Source: Pseudopelagicola sp. (GTDB taxonomy: Bacteria; Pseudomonadota; Alphaproteobacteria; Rhodobacterales; Rhodobacteraceae). Taken from it: 64,000 bases of DNA. The translations under genes and the position numbers were made by a program. The DNA lies in NCBI GenBank assembly GCA_026195905.1, contig JAPHRE010000040.1, forward strand, positions 1,363 through 65,362, written 5' to 3'. Shown piece after piece: positions 9,086 to 19,312 of the stretch (position 1 is the first letter of the stretch; the number at the start of each line of letters is the position of its first letter). The notes beneath the pieces were generated by a model. That model saw only the letters and a program-made list of their open reading frames with translations, was not told the origin of the DNA and did no database searches.

Positions 9086-11272
9086 TCAATCCTCCCGATT
9101 CGTATAACTATATCTGTAGTTGTAGTAATAATACTGGCTGTTCTTGGACTTCTTCGGATCGAAGGCGTTGAGGATCGCGCCGTTGATCTGAAGGCCCGCC
9201 ACCTCAAATGACTGCTTCAGCGCGTCGACCTCGCCCTCGGTCGTTTTTTCAAACCGGACGACGGCAAGGATCGACCCCGCCAACCGACCAAGAATAACCG
9301 GATCTGTTACCGCCAACGCGGGCGGGCAATCAAGGATAATGAGATCAAACTCCTCATCCAACGCCTGCAACATCGCCTCTGTAGCTGGCCGCATAAGAAG
9401 TTCAGAGGGGTTTGGCGGATAGAGGCCTGCCGGAATAAAGCTCAGCCCCTCGACATCCGTGCTGTGAACAACGCTCGCAAGATCGTGCTTGTCCGAAAGG
9501 TAATCGGCCAAGCCCAAGCTATCTTTCTTAAGGTCAAAATATTTGCGCAACTGCCCACGCCGCATATCAGCATCAACAAGGCATACCTTCTTACCCGATT
9601 GCGCGGCCACAACGGCCAAATTGACAGCGGTGAACGACTTACCGGCGCTTGGGGCGGAGCTCGTGATGGCCACGGATTTTGACCTGGCGTCCAGCATCCC
9701 GAAATAGAGGCTCGTGCGCAGGCTACGGAATGCCTCCACAGCAAGGTCGACCGGGCTCGCAACGGCAAGGATAGGCCAAGATTTCATGCGGCTATCATTC
9801 CCTTCCGCCGCCACCGTTTTGTTGATTGTCGCGAAAACCGGAATCCCAAGTGCCTCAATCTGTTCCGTGCTCTGGATGCCCTTTCTAAAGGCACCGCGCA
9901 AAAGAACAAAAGCTGTGCCAAGCATCAGGCCAAACATCAGAGAAATCGCGAGAATCATGCTCTTGCGTGGGGCGATTGGAGAGGGTTTAGCCTGCGCTGT
10001 ATCAAGGATACGCACATTGCCGATTGTGCTCGCCTTCAAGACGCGCAGCTCTTGAGCGCGGTTCAACAATTGCAGATATGTTTCTTCCGCCAGCTCGAGA
10101 CGTCGTGTCTTATCAAACACTTCGCGTTGCGTCTGGGGAAGTTCCTCAACTTCGTCCCGCAACACGGCGATCCTGTCTTCAATATGCGCTTTGTTATCAA
10201 GAAGCTGCTTATAAACCGGGTGTCTCGGGGTGTATTTCTCTTGAAGAGTCTGCTCCTCAAGCTGAATCTGGCTGAGTTCCGTCTCCAACTGACCGATCTG
10301 TGTCAGAAGACTCTGAGCTTCAAACCCGAGATCAATGGCCGTCTGCAACTGGCGGTATTCGTTGAGGTCGCGTTCTGCTTCGGCAACCGCGGCCTCAGCT
10401 TGTGGAAGCTGTCCCTCGATGAAATCGAGGCTGCTTTCGGCTTCCGCTGCGCTACGGGTCACGTTTTGCCCCAAGTATGCCCTTGTAATCGCGTGTAGAA
10501 TTTGGCGCGCGCGCTCTGGTGCGCTTGCCTGAAAGGTGACGAGCAAAATACCGGATTGCCGCCCCTTTTCCGACACGCCAGTTCTTGCCCTTAGGCTTGA
10601 AATTGCGGCACTTTCTGAAATCTGCCGAAGAATAAAGTGACGACCTGTTTTGGCCGCAACCTCGCCAACCTTGATGGCAAAATCAACGTCTGGCTCACGC
10701 AGAACAACGCCCGGCCGACCTGAAAGCACCTGCCCATCTGGAAGACGCACGTCAAACGCAGATCCCTCGCCCTTCACCAACGTAATCTCTTTGTTCAACC
10801 ACCGGGGCGGAACCTGCAGCAGGTCGACGCGGATCGCCTCGCCTCCACGCGCATAGGCACGCATAAACCCGACATCCGGCAACGGCAGGCTGACACGTGT
10901 CATGCCATACCCAACGACGGGGAAGTATTTCGGCTGCGCGATCCAGTCGAGATTCAAGTCCGCAACCGCTTTCCCCAAGACCATCCGTGACCGCATAATT
11001 TCGATCTCGGTCACACTTTGAGGTGCGTTCTCAACAAGGTCTGAGAGGCCGTCGGGCAAGGAAAGCTGGCCGCTTTTCTCTTCAAGCTGCAAGAGCGCAT
11101 CCGCCTGATAAGTCGGCGGCGTAATCAGCAGGTAGAAAACACCAAAGGCTACAGTCACAACGCTAAACAACACAATCCAGAGTTTGCCTGCCCAAAGGCT
11201 CAAGGCAAGCGCTGCCAGATCGATCTCGTCATCTTGCCCCACCGAGCCGGATGATGCGGGTTCTTTAGCCAT
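9086..11272 (-). CDS. wzc: Polysaccharide co-polymerase/tyrosine autokinase Wzc
   Basis: DEIDL N-terminus, two TM segments, EAFRSLRTSL, Walker A SSAPSAGKS, DADMRRG, Tyr-rich tail QYYYYNYRYSY. Confidence 0.93.
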   Translation of the reverse strand: MAKEPASSGSVGQDDEIDLAALALSLWAGKLWIVLFSVVTVAFGVFYLLITPPTYQADALLQLEEKSGQLSLPDGLSDLVENAPQSVTEIEIMRSRMVLGKAVADLNLDWIAQPKYFPVVGYGMTRVSLPLPDVGFMRAYARGGEAIRVDLLQVPPRWLNKEITLVKGEGSAFDVRLPDGQVLSGRPGVVLREPDVDFAIKVGEVAAKTGRHFILRQISESAAISSLRARTGVSEKGRQSGILLVTFQASAPERARQILHAITRAYLGQNVTRSAAEAESSLDFIEGQLPQAEAAVAEAERDLNEYRQLQTAIDLGFEAQSLLTQIGQLETELSQIQLEEQTLQEKYTPRHPVYKQLLDNKAHIEDRIAVLRDEVEELPQTQREVFDKTRRLELAEETYLQLLNRAQELRVLKASTIGNVRILDTAQAKPSPIAPRKSMILAISLMFGLMLGTAFVLLRGAFRKGIQSTEQIEALGIPVFATINKTVAAEGNDSRMKSWPILAVASPVDLAVEAFRSLRTSLYFGMLDARSKSVAITSSAPSAGKSFTAVNLAVVAAQSGKKVCLVDADMRRGQLRKYFDLKKDSLGLADYLSDKHDLASVVHSTDVEGLSFIPAGLYPPNPSELLMRPATEAMLQALDEEFDLIILDCPPALAVTDPVILGRLAGSILAVVRFEKTTEGEVDALKQSFEVAGLQINGAILNAFDPKKSKNSQYYYYNYRYSYTNRED

Positions 11273-11717
11273 TCTGCGCCCCTCCTTGCGGAGCCAATTT
11301 CTGCGCCCAGCCATCTGCTGCCGCTGCGATTTGTTCAAAAACAAGCTCATGGAAGTCCTCGGATCGACGGAATGGATCCGGAATTCCTTTGCGGTCTGTC
11401 CAGTGATCGAAAAGCATGACCTTTCCCGACAAATGCGGGCTGGACTCAGCAATCTTCTGTCGGTGATCCGGCTCCATGACCAGTATCAGGTCCGCGTTTT
11501 GGCCCAATTCCGGCGTGAATTGGCGGGCCGCATGGCCATCAACGGACACGCCATGACGCATCGCGATCTTCGCGGCGGTTTCATCCGCAGCATGCCCTAC
11601 CAAAGCACCAAGCCCGGCAGACTCGACGCGAACCCCATCAAGCTTTTCTTTCAAAACACGCTCTCCAACAGGAGATCGGCAGACATTGCCGATACACACA
11701 ACCAATACACGATTCAT
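11265..11717 (-). CDS. wzb: Low-molecular-weight protein tyrosine phosphatase Wzb
   Basis: VCIGNVCRSP active site and IPDP motif. Confidence 0.93.
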   Translation of the reverse strand: MNRVLVVCIGNVCRSPVGERVLKEKLDGVRVESAGLGALVGHAADETAAKIAMRHGVSVDGHAARQFTPELGQNADLILVMEPDHRQKIAESSPHLSGKVMLFDHWTDRKGIPDPFRRSEDFHELVFEQIAAAADGWAQKLAPQGGAQNG

Positions 11718-11733
11718 CTTGGCTCCTCTCGGG

Positions 11734-12798
11734 TCACGTATCTCCGAGATCGTCCACGTTTCCGACAGCCAACACGGTGGGCAAAAGGCCGGTAATCGTG
11801 TCGTTCCAACGGGTGAGCGGCGACCGAGTCACATATACCACATCTTCTGGGATAAGGCTGAACTCTGTGCCGAGCAACCACCCCTCGGGCGAACTTGTTT
11901 CAAGTTGGTAGACCGTAGTCCGCCCTCCCACATTGCGGAAAACAAACACGCCGCGCGCATCTGCCCGCACTTCTTTCAGCCCGCCTTGGTTGGCAAGTGC
12001 TTGCGTCAGGTTAACCTGCTCTTTCGCGAGATCAACGACACTGGGCTTGCCGACTTCGCCAAGAATATAGGCCTGCTCATTGCGCAACTCCGGCACATGC
12101 ACGACATCCCCTTTATGCAGGATCGGATTGTTCTGCATGTAGTTAGCGCGCAAAAATCCATTAAGGTCGACGACATACGTGCGTCCGTTCCGCTTGACCG
12201 TGATCCGGCTCAAATCAGCATCTTCGGTGGCCCCGCCTGCCGCATTAATCGCTTGAAACAGGGTCAACGGCACGGTGTTCAAGGTCTGCTTGTTAGGTTG
12301 GTTAACCTCGCCGCCGACAAGGACATTCTGTGAATTGAATTCTGCCACACGGGCCACGACCTGCGGTTCGGGGATGATCAGGCGGAGCTTTTGCGAAAGA
12401 TCGCTGCGCACCTGTTCAATGGACCGTCCCTTCGCCTCGATTTCGCCGATGTGGGGGTAGAAAAACCGACCATCCGCCTGAACGCGGAAGCCGTTTTCGC
12501 TTGCCGTCCTGTCCGGTCCCGCCGGCATGGTCAACTCGGGGTGATCATAGACATCTATGCTGAGAATATCGCCCGGCCCGATCGTGTAGGCCCAAGATGT
12601 TTGATACGGTAGACGCGTGCGCGATACGGGTTTGATCGGCTGCGTATAGTTCTTGATATTCCGCGAGCTGAGCCGAACCACATCAAGCTCACTCTCAAGA
12701 TTGTCCTGCCCCTGCTCATCGACGGGGAAAACGGTAAATCCGTCGGTGCAGGCCGCCAAGAAGAAAGCACAAACAAATAAATTAAATACAATCTTCAA
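11734..12798 (-). CDS. wza: Outer-membrane polysaccharide export lipoprotein Wza
   Basis: Lipobox FLAAC, YTIGPGDIL...VYDHPEL, FFYPHIG, SLBB repeats; TTG start after GGAG. Confidence 0.9.
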   Translation of the reverse strand: MKIVFNLFVCAFFLAACTDGFTVFPVDEQGQDNLESELDVVRLSSRNIKNYTQPIKPVSRTRLPYQTSWAYTIGPGDILSIDVYDHPELTMPAGPDRTASENGFRVQADGRFFYPHIGEIEAKGRSIEQVRSDLSQKLRLIIPEPQVVARVAEFNSQNVLVGGEVNQPNKQTLNTVPLTLFQAINAAGGATEDADLSRITVKRNGRTYVVDLNGFLRANYMQNNPILHKGDVVHVPELRNEQAYILGEVGKPSVVDLAKEQVNLTQALANQGGLKEVRADARGVFVFRNVGGRTTVYQLETSSPEGWLLGTEFSLIPEDVVYVTRSPLTRWNDTITGLLPTVLAVGNVDDLGDT

Positions 12799-13328
12799 AG
12801 CAGCGCTCCAAAACCGGATTGATAGTGTGCCGCTTAACTACCTGACTACCACTCAAAGTCAATTGATTAGTCGGCAAAAGCCTGCCTATCGCAGCCAAAG
12901 GTGCCACGCCCCGAACACCCTCTCAAGCATCTTATTTATATGGCTTTTGACACAACCTACTACGGCACACGCGCACAGGCTGGCGCGCCAATCCTGCTGC
13001 GACAAAATCGTTGAGCGTGCCACAAGCGACTCAACCTTAACGAAAGTCTTAAGCATCAAGCTCGCCGCGATTCCCCAACCATAAAGTCTACGCGGGATCG
13101 TGGGGCCAAGCTCACCATGTCCATGCCCCAAAACACACCGACGACACATCACCAAAACCCAAAGACAAAAAACTCGCGGCAAAGCTCTATCCTGTCGCAA
13201 TGTTTCCGATGACTTTCCCGTCGAGGCTGCTAACCTGATGGTATCGCCCCGCAAGGACGCACCCGGACCATGTCTGGCAGTCCGGCCATTCGCGATGGGA
13301 CAACAGACATCCAAACACGGAGAGAAGA

Positions 13329-14354
13329 ATGACAATACTGAAACGGGTTCCCAAAGGAGCCGCGATTGCCGCTGCACTCTTCCTATCGACGACCGCAGCC
13401 TCGGCGTTCACCGCCTGTCAGGTAACGGACACCGGTGGCATTGATGATTCCAGCTTCAACCAGACCGCTTGGAAAGGCGCGCTTGACGCCAAGGACGCTC
13501 TTGGGATCGAGGCGCGCTATCTCGAATCTCAAGCTGAAAGCGACTATGATGCCAATCTGAACTCACTTCAGGGCGGAGATTGCGACGTTATCGTAACAGT
13601 GGGTTTCCTGATGGGGGATGCGACCCAAAAGGCCGCCGAAGCCAACCCCGATCAGAAATTCTCGATCGTTGACTTTGCTTATGATCCGACAATTCCAAAC
13701 GTGCTTGGGCAGGTTTACGCAACCGACGAGGCCGCCTTCCTTGCGGGATACCTTGCGGCTGGTGTGTCGAAGACAGGCATTCTTGGAACATTCGGGGGAA
13801 TTAACATTCCCCCGGTGACGATTTTCATGGACGGTTTTGTTGCCGGTGCAAACTATTACAACGCGCAAAACAATGCGAACGTCATGGTGCTTGGTTGGGA
13901 TCCGGTTGCCCGCGAAGGTCTATTCACCAACAATTTCGAATCCCTTGATGACGGACGCAGCTTTGCCCAGAACCTCTATGATGAAGGGGCCGATATTATC
14001 TTGCCCGTCGCCGGTCCGGTTGGCCTTGGTTCTGCGGCTTTGGCAGACGAACTTGGCACGGACGCGCTCAAGATCATCGGTGTGGACGCCGATCAATATC
14101 TGACAGACCCGGACAAAAAGCATGTCTACCTGACGTCTATCCTCAAACGCATGGATTCGACTGTTAAAGCCGTGATTGAAACCGCGCAATCGGGAACTTT
14201 CGAAGGTGGTTTGCTGGTTGGCACGCTCGCCAATGACGGCGTCGGAATTGCGCCGCTCCACGATTTCGAAGAGACTGTGCCCGAAGATCTCAAAGCCGAG
14301 CTTGCAGCGATCCGCGCCGGAATCATTGATGGCTCCATCAAGGTCGCCAACTAA
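13329..14354 (+). CDS. BMP-family ABC transporter substrate-binding protein (nucleoside/purine type)
   Basis: VTDTGGIDDSSFNQ, EAAFLAGYLAA, IIGVDADQY, SILKRMD; signal peptide. Confidence 0.9.
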   Translation: MTILKRVPKGAAIAAALFLSTTAASAFTACQVTDTGGIDDSSFNQTAWKGALDAKDALGIEARYLESQAESDYDANLNSLQGGDCDVIVTVGFLMGDATQKAAEANPDQKFSIVDFAYDPTIPNVLGQVYATDEAAFLAGYLAAGVSKTGILGTFGGINIPPVTIFMDGFVAGANYYNAQNNANVMVLGWDPVAREGLFTNNFESLDDGRSFAQNLYDEGADIILPVAGPVGLGSAALADELGTDALKIIGVDADQYLTDPDKKHVYLTSILKRMDSTVKAVIETAQSGTFEGGLLVGTLANDGVGIAPLHDFEETVPEDLKAELAAIRAGIIDGSIKVAN

Positions 14355-14369
14355 TCTAGGATAACATCG

Positions 14370-14401
14370 TCCCGCCCCCCATTTCTTGAGGGCGGGATTT
14401 T
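14370..14401 (+). terminator. Hairpin with T tract between the SBP and ATPase genes
   Basis: TCCCGCCC...GGGCGGGA followed by TTTT. Confidence 0.5.
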
Positions 14402-14424
14402 CTTCCTTGGGAGGGCATTGCGAC

Positions 14425-15936
14425 ATGGATGTCAAACTGCGCGGGATAACCAAACGTTTTGGCCCGGTTGTGGCCAATGACGGCATTGATCTGCATATCC
14501 GCGCTGGAGAAGTGCTTGGCCTTCTTGGCGAAAACGGTGCCGGTAAATCTACGATGATGAATATTCTTTCCGGGCTTTATGCCCCGGATGAGGGGGATAT
14601 TCTCATTGATGGTCAAAAAGTTACCTTTGAAAACCCCGGTGATGGAATCGCATGTGGCATTGGCATGGTGCATCAACATTTCATGCTCGTTCCCGTCTTC
14701 ACGGTCGCCGAGAATGTCATTCTCGGCGTTGAGCCAACCGGGCATTTTGATCATCTCGACCTCAAGACCGCACGCAAACAAGTGCGCGACATCAATGATC
14801 GCTACGGGCTCAAAGTCGATCCCGATGCCTTGATCGAAACGCTTCCCGTCGGCATCCAACAACGCGTCGAGATATTGAAGGTCTTGTTCCGCTCTGCCGA
14901 TGTCATCATCCTTGATGAACCGACCGCCGTTCTCACGCCGCAGGAGGTTGAGGATTTTTTCGATATCGTCCGCGCCCTACGCAACGCCGGAAAAGCGATT
15001 GTCTTTATCACCCACAAGCTACACGAAATACTTGAGATTTCCGACCGGATCAGCGTCTTGCGTCATGGGCGCATCACCGGCGAAGGCGATCCCGCAAAAC
15101 TGACAACGGATACCCTCGCCGAGATGATGGTCGGGCGCCCGGTTAGCTTCACCGTCGACAAAACCCCGGCAAACCCTGGCCGGCCCATGCTTTCGGTAGC
15201 CGATCTTTGCCTTGTTGATGACCACGATGAGATGGCGCTTGACCATGTGAGTTTTGACGTTCGAGCGGGAGAGGTTGTTGGCATCGCCGGCGTTCAGGGC
15301 AATGGGCAGACTGAACTTGTCGAGGCCTTGACCGGATTGTCCCGCCCCACCTCGGGAAGCATCCTGTTCGATGGGAAAAATGTGACACGCGCCTCGGTGC
15401 GCCAACGTCATCGCATGGGCATGGCGCATATCCCCGAAGACCGGCTGCGCTCTGGTATGATTGCAAGCTTCAGTGTCGCCGAGAACATGGTGCTCAACGC
15501 CTATTACGATCCGACTTACGGGCGTGGCCCAGAAATCAACTGGTCCAAGGTCCAGTCCACAGCAGCCCGCTATTGTGTTGATTTCGATGTCCGCACCCCA
15601 AGCGTCTTCCTGCCCGCAGGCAATCTCTCGGGCGGCAATCAACAGAAAATGGTCGTGGCGCGCGAACTTGAGCGTGAAACCAAACTCGTCATCGCCTCCC
15701 AACCGACGCGCGGGCTTGATGTCGGTTCCATTGAGTATATCCACAAACGTCTCATAGAGGCTCGGGATGAGGGGGATGGCGTGTTGATCGTATCCGCCGA
15801 ACTCGACGAAGTTATTGGCCTCTCGGATCGCATCCTCGTCATGTTTGAGGGCCGGATCGCCGCCGAGTTCGATACAAACAAAGGGGCCATAGACCGCAAT
15901 GCGATCGGCCTTGCGATGGCGGGGGCAAAAGCATGA
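14425..15936 (+). CDS. Nucleoside-type (CUT2) ABC transporter ATP-binding protein
   Basis: Tandem NBDs: GENGAGKS, ILDEPT, LSGGNQQK, PTRGLDVG. Confidence 0.92.
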   Translation: MDVKLRGITKRFGPVVANDGIDLHIRAGEVLGLLGENGAGKSTMMNILSGLYAPDEGDILIDGQKVTFENPGDGIACGIGMVHQHFMLVPVFTVAENVILGVEPTGHFDHLDLKTARKQVRDINDRYGLKVDPDALIETLPVGIQQRVEILKVLFRSADVIILDEPTAVLTPQEVEDFFDIVRALRNAGKAIVFITHKLHEILEISDRISVLRHGRITGEGDPAKLTTDTLAEMMVGRPVSFTVDKTPANPGRPMLSVADLCLVDDHDEMALDHVSFDVRAGEVVGIAGVQGNGQTELVEALTGLSRPTSGSILFDGKNVTRASVRQRHRMGMAHIPEDRLRSGMIASFSVAENMVLNAYYDPTYGRGPEINWSKVQSTAARYCVDFDVRTPSVFLPAGNLSGGNQQKMVVARELERETKLVIASQPTRGLDVGSIEYIHKRLIEARDEGDGVLIVSAELDEVIGLSDRILVMFEGRIAAEFDTNKGAIDRNAIGLAMAGAKA

Positions 15937-17084
15937 GCAAATCCTTGAACGAAACGCTCGACAGGTCGGCCAAGGCGCTTCTTGAACGCACAACACACGG
16001 ACGGCAGGATTTCGAAACCCTCGTGATCGTCCCGGTTTTTGCTGTCATTGTCGCGCTGTTCCTTGGCGGCCTTATTATGCTGGCGACCAATGTCGACCTT
16101 GCCACCATCGGCAAAAGCTACGTCGCGCTGGCGCGTGGCTCTGTTGGGTCTCTTTCGGCGCTCTCGGAAACCCTGACAGCGGCGATCCCTCTGGTTTTGG
16201 CGGGGTTGGGACTTGCGCTTGGGTTCCGCGCCGGGCTTTTCAATATCGGAGCCGAGGGTCAACTCCTACTCGGTGGCATGGCGGCCGTTGTCGCAGCCTT
16301 CATGCTTGACGGCCTGCCTTGGGTGATCCACCTGCCAGTCGCTCTCCTTGCCGGGGCGTTGGTTGGGGCGCTCTATGCGTCTATAGCGGGCTGGCTCAAG
16401 GCCGCGACGGGCGCGCATGAGGTGATCTCAACGATCATGCTCAACCTGATATCCTTTCGCTTGCTCGACTACCTCTTGCGACAGCCTTTCATTCAAAAGG
16501 AAGGCCGCGCCGACCCCATTTCAAAATCCGTTCCCGAGAGCGCGGAACTGCCGCGCTTGCTCGATTGGCTGGACCCCAACCTCCGGCTTCATGCCGGGGT
16601 GTTCCTGATGCTGGCAGCGGTTGGGTTCGTGCATTGGCTCTTGTTCCGCTCCAAGATCGGCTTTGCCTTCCGGGCATCAGGCGAAAACCCGCACGCCGCG
16701 CGCTATGCCGGGATGAAGTCTGGCCTTATTATCGTCGCTGCGATGGCAACGGCCGGGGCTCTCGCCGGTCTGGCGGGGGCAAGCCAGGTGCTCGGGGTGC
16801 TTGACCGTGCCACACCCGGATTTTCCGCCGGGATCGGGTTTGATGCGATCGCCGTCGCCCTCATGGGCCGCTCACATCCACTTGGCGTTCTTCTTGCCGG
16901 GCTCCTGTTCGGCGCACTGGAGGCGGGCGGGCGCCAAATGCAGCTCGACGCAGGCGTATCCATCGACCTTATCAGCATCATCCAAGCCCTGATCATAGTC
17001 TTTATCGCGGCTCCGCTCCTTGTGAAGACGCTCTTCCCTTGGGGGTTTCGAGCGGACAAAAAAGCGAAGGGAGGCACGCAATGA
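15933..17084 (+). CDS. ABC transporter permease
   Basis: GLFNIGAEGQ, HEVISTIMLN, GENPHAARYAG, GFDAIAVAL. Confidence 0.9.
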   Translation: MSKSLNETLDRSAKALLERTTHGRQDFETLVIVPVFAVIVALFLGGLIMLATNVDLATIGKSYVALARGSVGSLSALSETLTAAIPLVLAGLGLALGFRAGLFNIGAEGQLLLGGMAAVVAAFMLDGLPWVIHLPVALLAGALVGALYASIAGWLKAATGAHEVISTIMLNLISFRLLDYLLRQPFIQKEGRADPISKSVPESAELPRLLDWLDPNLRLHAGVFLMLAAVGFVHWLLFRSKIGFAFRASGENPHAARYAGMKSGLIIVAAMATAGALAGLAGASQVLGVLDRATPGFSAGIGFDAIAVALMGRSHPLGVLLAGLLFGALEAGGRQMQLDAGVSIDLISIIQALIIVFIAAPLLVKTLFPWGFRADKKAKGGTQ

Positions 17085-18355
17085 TCTCCTCCGCTCGGCC
17101 TGCCTCCAAGCCTGAAGACGCAACATTGGATTCCGCAAAAGCCAAACAGGCCCGGATCACCGGCGCGATCCTGCTTGGCATGGCAGTCCTTGTGCTGTTT
17201 GTGTTCGGGATGGACGCAAGTGGCGACGCAACATTCCGCCTCTCCCGACCGACCGACCCCTGGGCGCTCCCGAACCTCGTCGTCCCGGCGGGGCCATTTA
17301 GCTATGTCGCAGGAACGTTGCTCGCGTTTCTTGGCGTTCGACAGTTTTTACAAGGCGGTGTGCGGTGGACCGCGCTCTCCCTTGGGTTTGGTCTTGCACT
17401 GCTGGTGATGGCCTTCCTCGTCTGGGCAACGGCCGGCAAGGCATTTTCTCTGACGGGAATGCTTCAGGCGACCATGGTGCGCGCAGTTCCGATTGCCCTT
17501 GGCGGTCTGGCGGGGGTGCTCTGTGAGCGGGTGGCCGTGGTCAATATCGCCATTGAGGGTATGCTCCTTGCGGGCGCATTTACCGGCGCATTGATCGGTT
17601 CCCTTCTCGGTGGCTGGGGCGGATTGGTGGCAGCCGTCATGGTCGGTGGCGCTTTCGGCTTTATCCTCGCCGCCCTCGTCGTGACCTATCGCATGGACCA
17701 GATCATCGCCGGCGTGGTGATTAACCTGTTTGTCCTAGGGCTGACAAGCTACGTCAGCTCACAGGTCTTTTCCGAATACCGTTTCCTCAACAACGCCCCG
17801 GTCTTTCGCGCCTATAAAATCCCCCTCTTAGGCGACCTCCCCGTTATTGGGCCGATGTTGTTCAAGCAGAACCTCTTTGTTTACGGCGCACTGATCCTCG
17901 TGGCGCTTTCAACCTACTACCTGTTTTTTACGCGCAGCGGCCTGCGCGCCCGCGCAGTCGGAGAGCATCCCCACGCCGCCGATACGCTCGGCATCAACGT
18001 CTACCGGACGCGCTATATTCATGTGACCCTTGGAGGCATGGTCGCAGGATTTGGCGGCGCGTGGTTCACCCTCGGCTCGGTCGGGCGGTTTGACGAGAAC
18101 ATGACCGGCGGGCGCGGGTTTATCGGACTTGCGGCGATGATCTTTGGACGCTGGCATCCGGTGGGGGCGCTGGCGGCCGCTCTTGTCTTTGGCTTTGCGG
18201 ATTCGCTGCAACAAAAACTTGCCCTGTTGCGCACGCCGATCCCATCAGAGTTCCTTGCCATGTCGCCCTATATCGCCACGATCATCGTCGTCGCCGGCTT
18301 CATCGGCAAGGCACAACCGCCAGCGGCGAATGGCAAGCCCTACATTAAGGAATAA
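17081..18355 (+). CDS. ABC transporter permease
   Basis: ERVAVVNIAIEG, GEHPHAADTLG, GRGFIGLAAMIFGRW. Confidence 0.9.
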   Translation: MISSARPASKPEDATLDSAKAKQARITGAILLGMAVLVLFVFGMDASGDATFRLSRPTDPWALPNLVVPAGPFSYVAGTLLAFLGVRQFLQGGVRWTALSLGFGLALLVMAFLVWATAGKAFSLTGMLQATMVRAVPIALGGLAGVLCERVAVVNIAIEGMLLAGAFTGALIGSLLGGWGGLVAAVMVGGAFGFILAALVVTYRMDQIIAGVVINLFVLGLTSYVSSQVFSEYRFLNNAPVFRAYKIPLLGDLPVIGPMLFKQNLFVYGALILVALSTYYLFFTRSGLRARAVGEHPHAADTLGINVYRTRYIHVTLGGMVAGFGGAWFTLGSVGRFDENMTGGRGFIGLAAMIFGRWHPVGALAAALVFGFADSLQQKLALLRTPIPSEFLAMSPYIATIIVVAGFIGKAQPPAANGKPYIKE

Positions 18356-18406
18356 ACGTTCGAATGGCGCGCAGCATGACATTGACGACCAAGGCAGACC
18401 ATATAG

Positions 18407-19294
18407 ATGTCGATGAATAGAAACACGCCCCCCCCGCCAAAGCAGTGCGCCTGGCATGTGGATGGCCTGCGCATGACCGGCCTCTGTTGGGGGCCGCAAG
18501 AGGGTCGAAAAGTGCTCGCCCTGCATGGCTGGATGGATCACGCTGCGAGCTTTCAGGAACTCGCCCCGCGCCTGACAGGCTGCCATGTTGTCGCCCTCGA
18601 TCTCAGCGGTCAGGGGTTAAGCTCTCATAGATCGCCCGATGCGACCTATAATATCTGGGACGACCTGCCCCAGATTGCAGAAATCCTCGATCAACTAGGC
18701 TGGCGTGACTGCGTTCTCATCGGGCATTCCCGAGGCGCGAATATCGCCGCCCTCTTCGCCGCTGCACTCCCTGAGAAAGTGCGTGGATTTGTGGCGCTGG
18801 ATTCCCTCGCCCCGGAACCAAACGAGGCGTCGGTCGCCGCGACCTTACGCGCCTTTGTCCAACAAACGCGCACGCAAAAAAATCGGCAGCCCCGTGTGTT
18901 TGAGACACAAGAAAGCTATGTCGACCGCCGCTGTGCGCAGGGCAATAGCCGCCACACATCCCAAGCACTTGCCGAGCGCGCCTTGAAGAAAACCCCGGAT
19001 GGCTACCAAATGCGCGGCGATCCCCGGCTCTTTGCAAGCTCAGCGATTAAGCTCACGCAACAAGACGTCGAAGATGTCCTGCGCGCCATCCAATGTCCGG
19101 TGCTCAATATCTGGGCCACGGACGGCATCAAAAGCAACCGCCCCAAGGTTGAGGAACTCATGCAACTCGGCGAGGCGGTGATCGAAAATTACGAACGGCG
19201 AGACTATCCCGGCGACCATCATTTTCATCTCGACCCCGATACCGCCCAGCAGATCGCCGCCGCCGTTTTGGATTTTCTAGACCGGACCCAATGA
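18407..19294 (+). CDS. Alpha/beta-fold hydrolase
   Basis: LHGWMDHAASF, nucleophile elbow GHSRG, C-terminal GDHHFH. Confidence 0.88.
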   Translation: MSMNRNTPPPPKQCAWHVDGLRMTGLCWGPQEGRKVLALHGWMDHAASFQELAPRLTGCHVVALDLSGQGLSSHRSPDATYNIWDDLPQIAEILDQLGWRDCVLIGHSRGANIAALFAAALPEKVRGFVALDSLAPEPNEASVAATLRAFVQQTRTQKNRQPRVFETQESYVDRRCAQGNSRHTSQALAERALKKTPDGYQMRGDPRLFASSAIKLTQQDVEDVLRAIQCPVLNIWATDGIKSNRPKVEELMQLGEAVIENYERRDYPGDHHFHLDPDTAQQIAAAVLDFLDRTQ

Positions 19295-19312
19295 TCGGTC
19301 CCCTGCCCGCCC

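Noticed and set aside
13037-13052. TTAA...TTAA upstream of wza as a CtrA box
   Set aside because: The spacer is 8 nt rather than 7 and there is no terminal C.
12800-13328. Possible purine or nucleoside riboswitch ahead of the BMP transporter
   Set aside because: No recognisable aptamer consensus; an Rfam scan would be needed.
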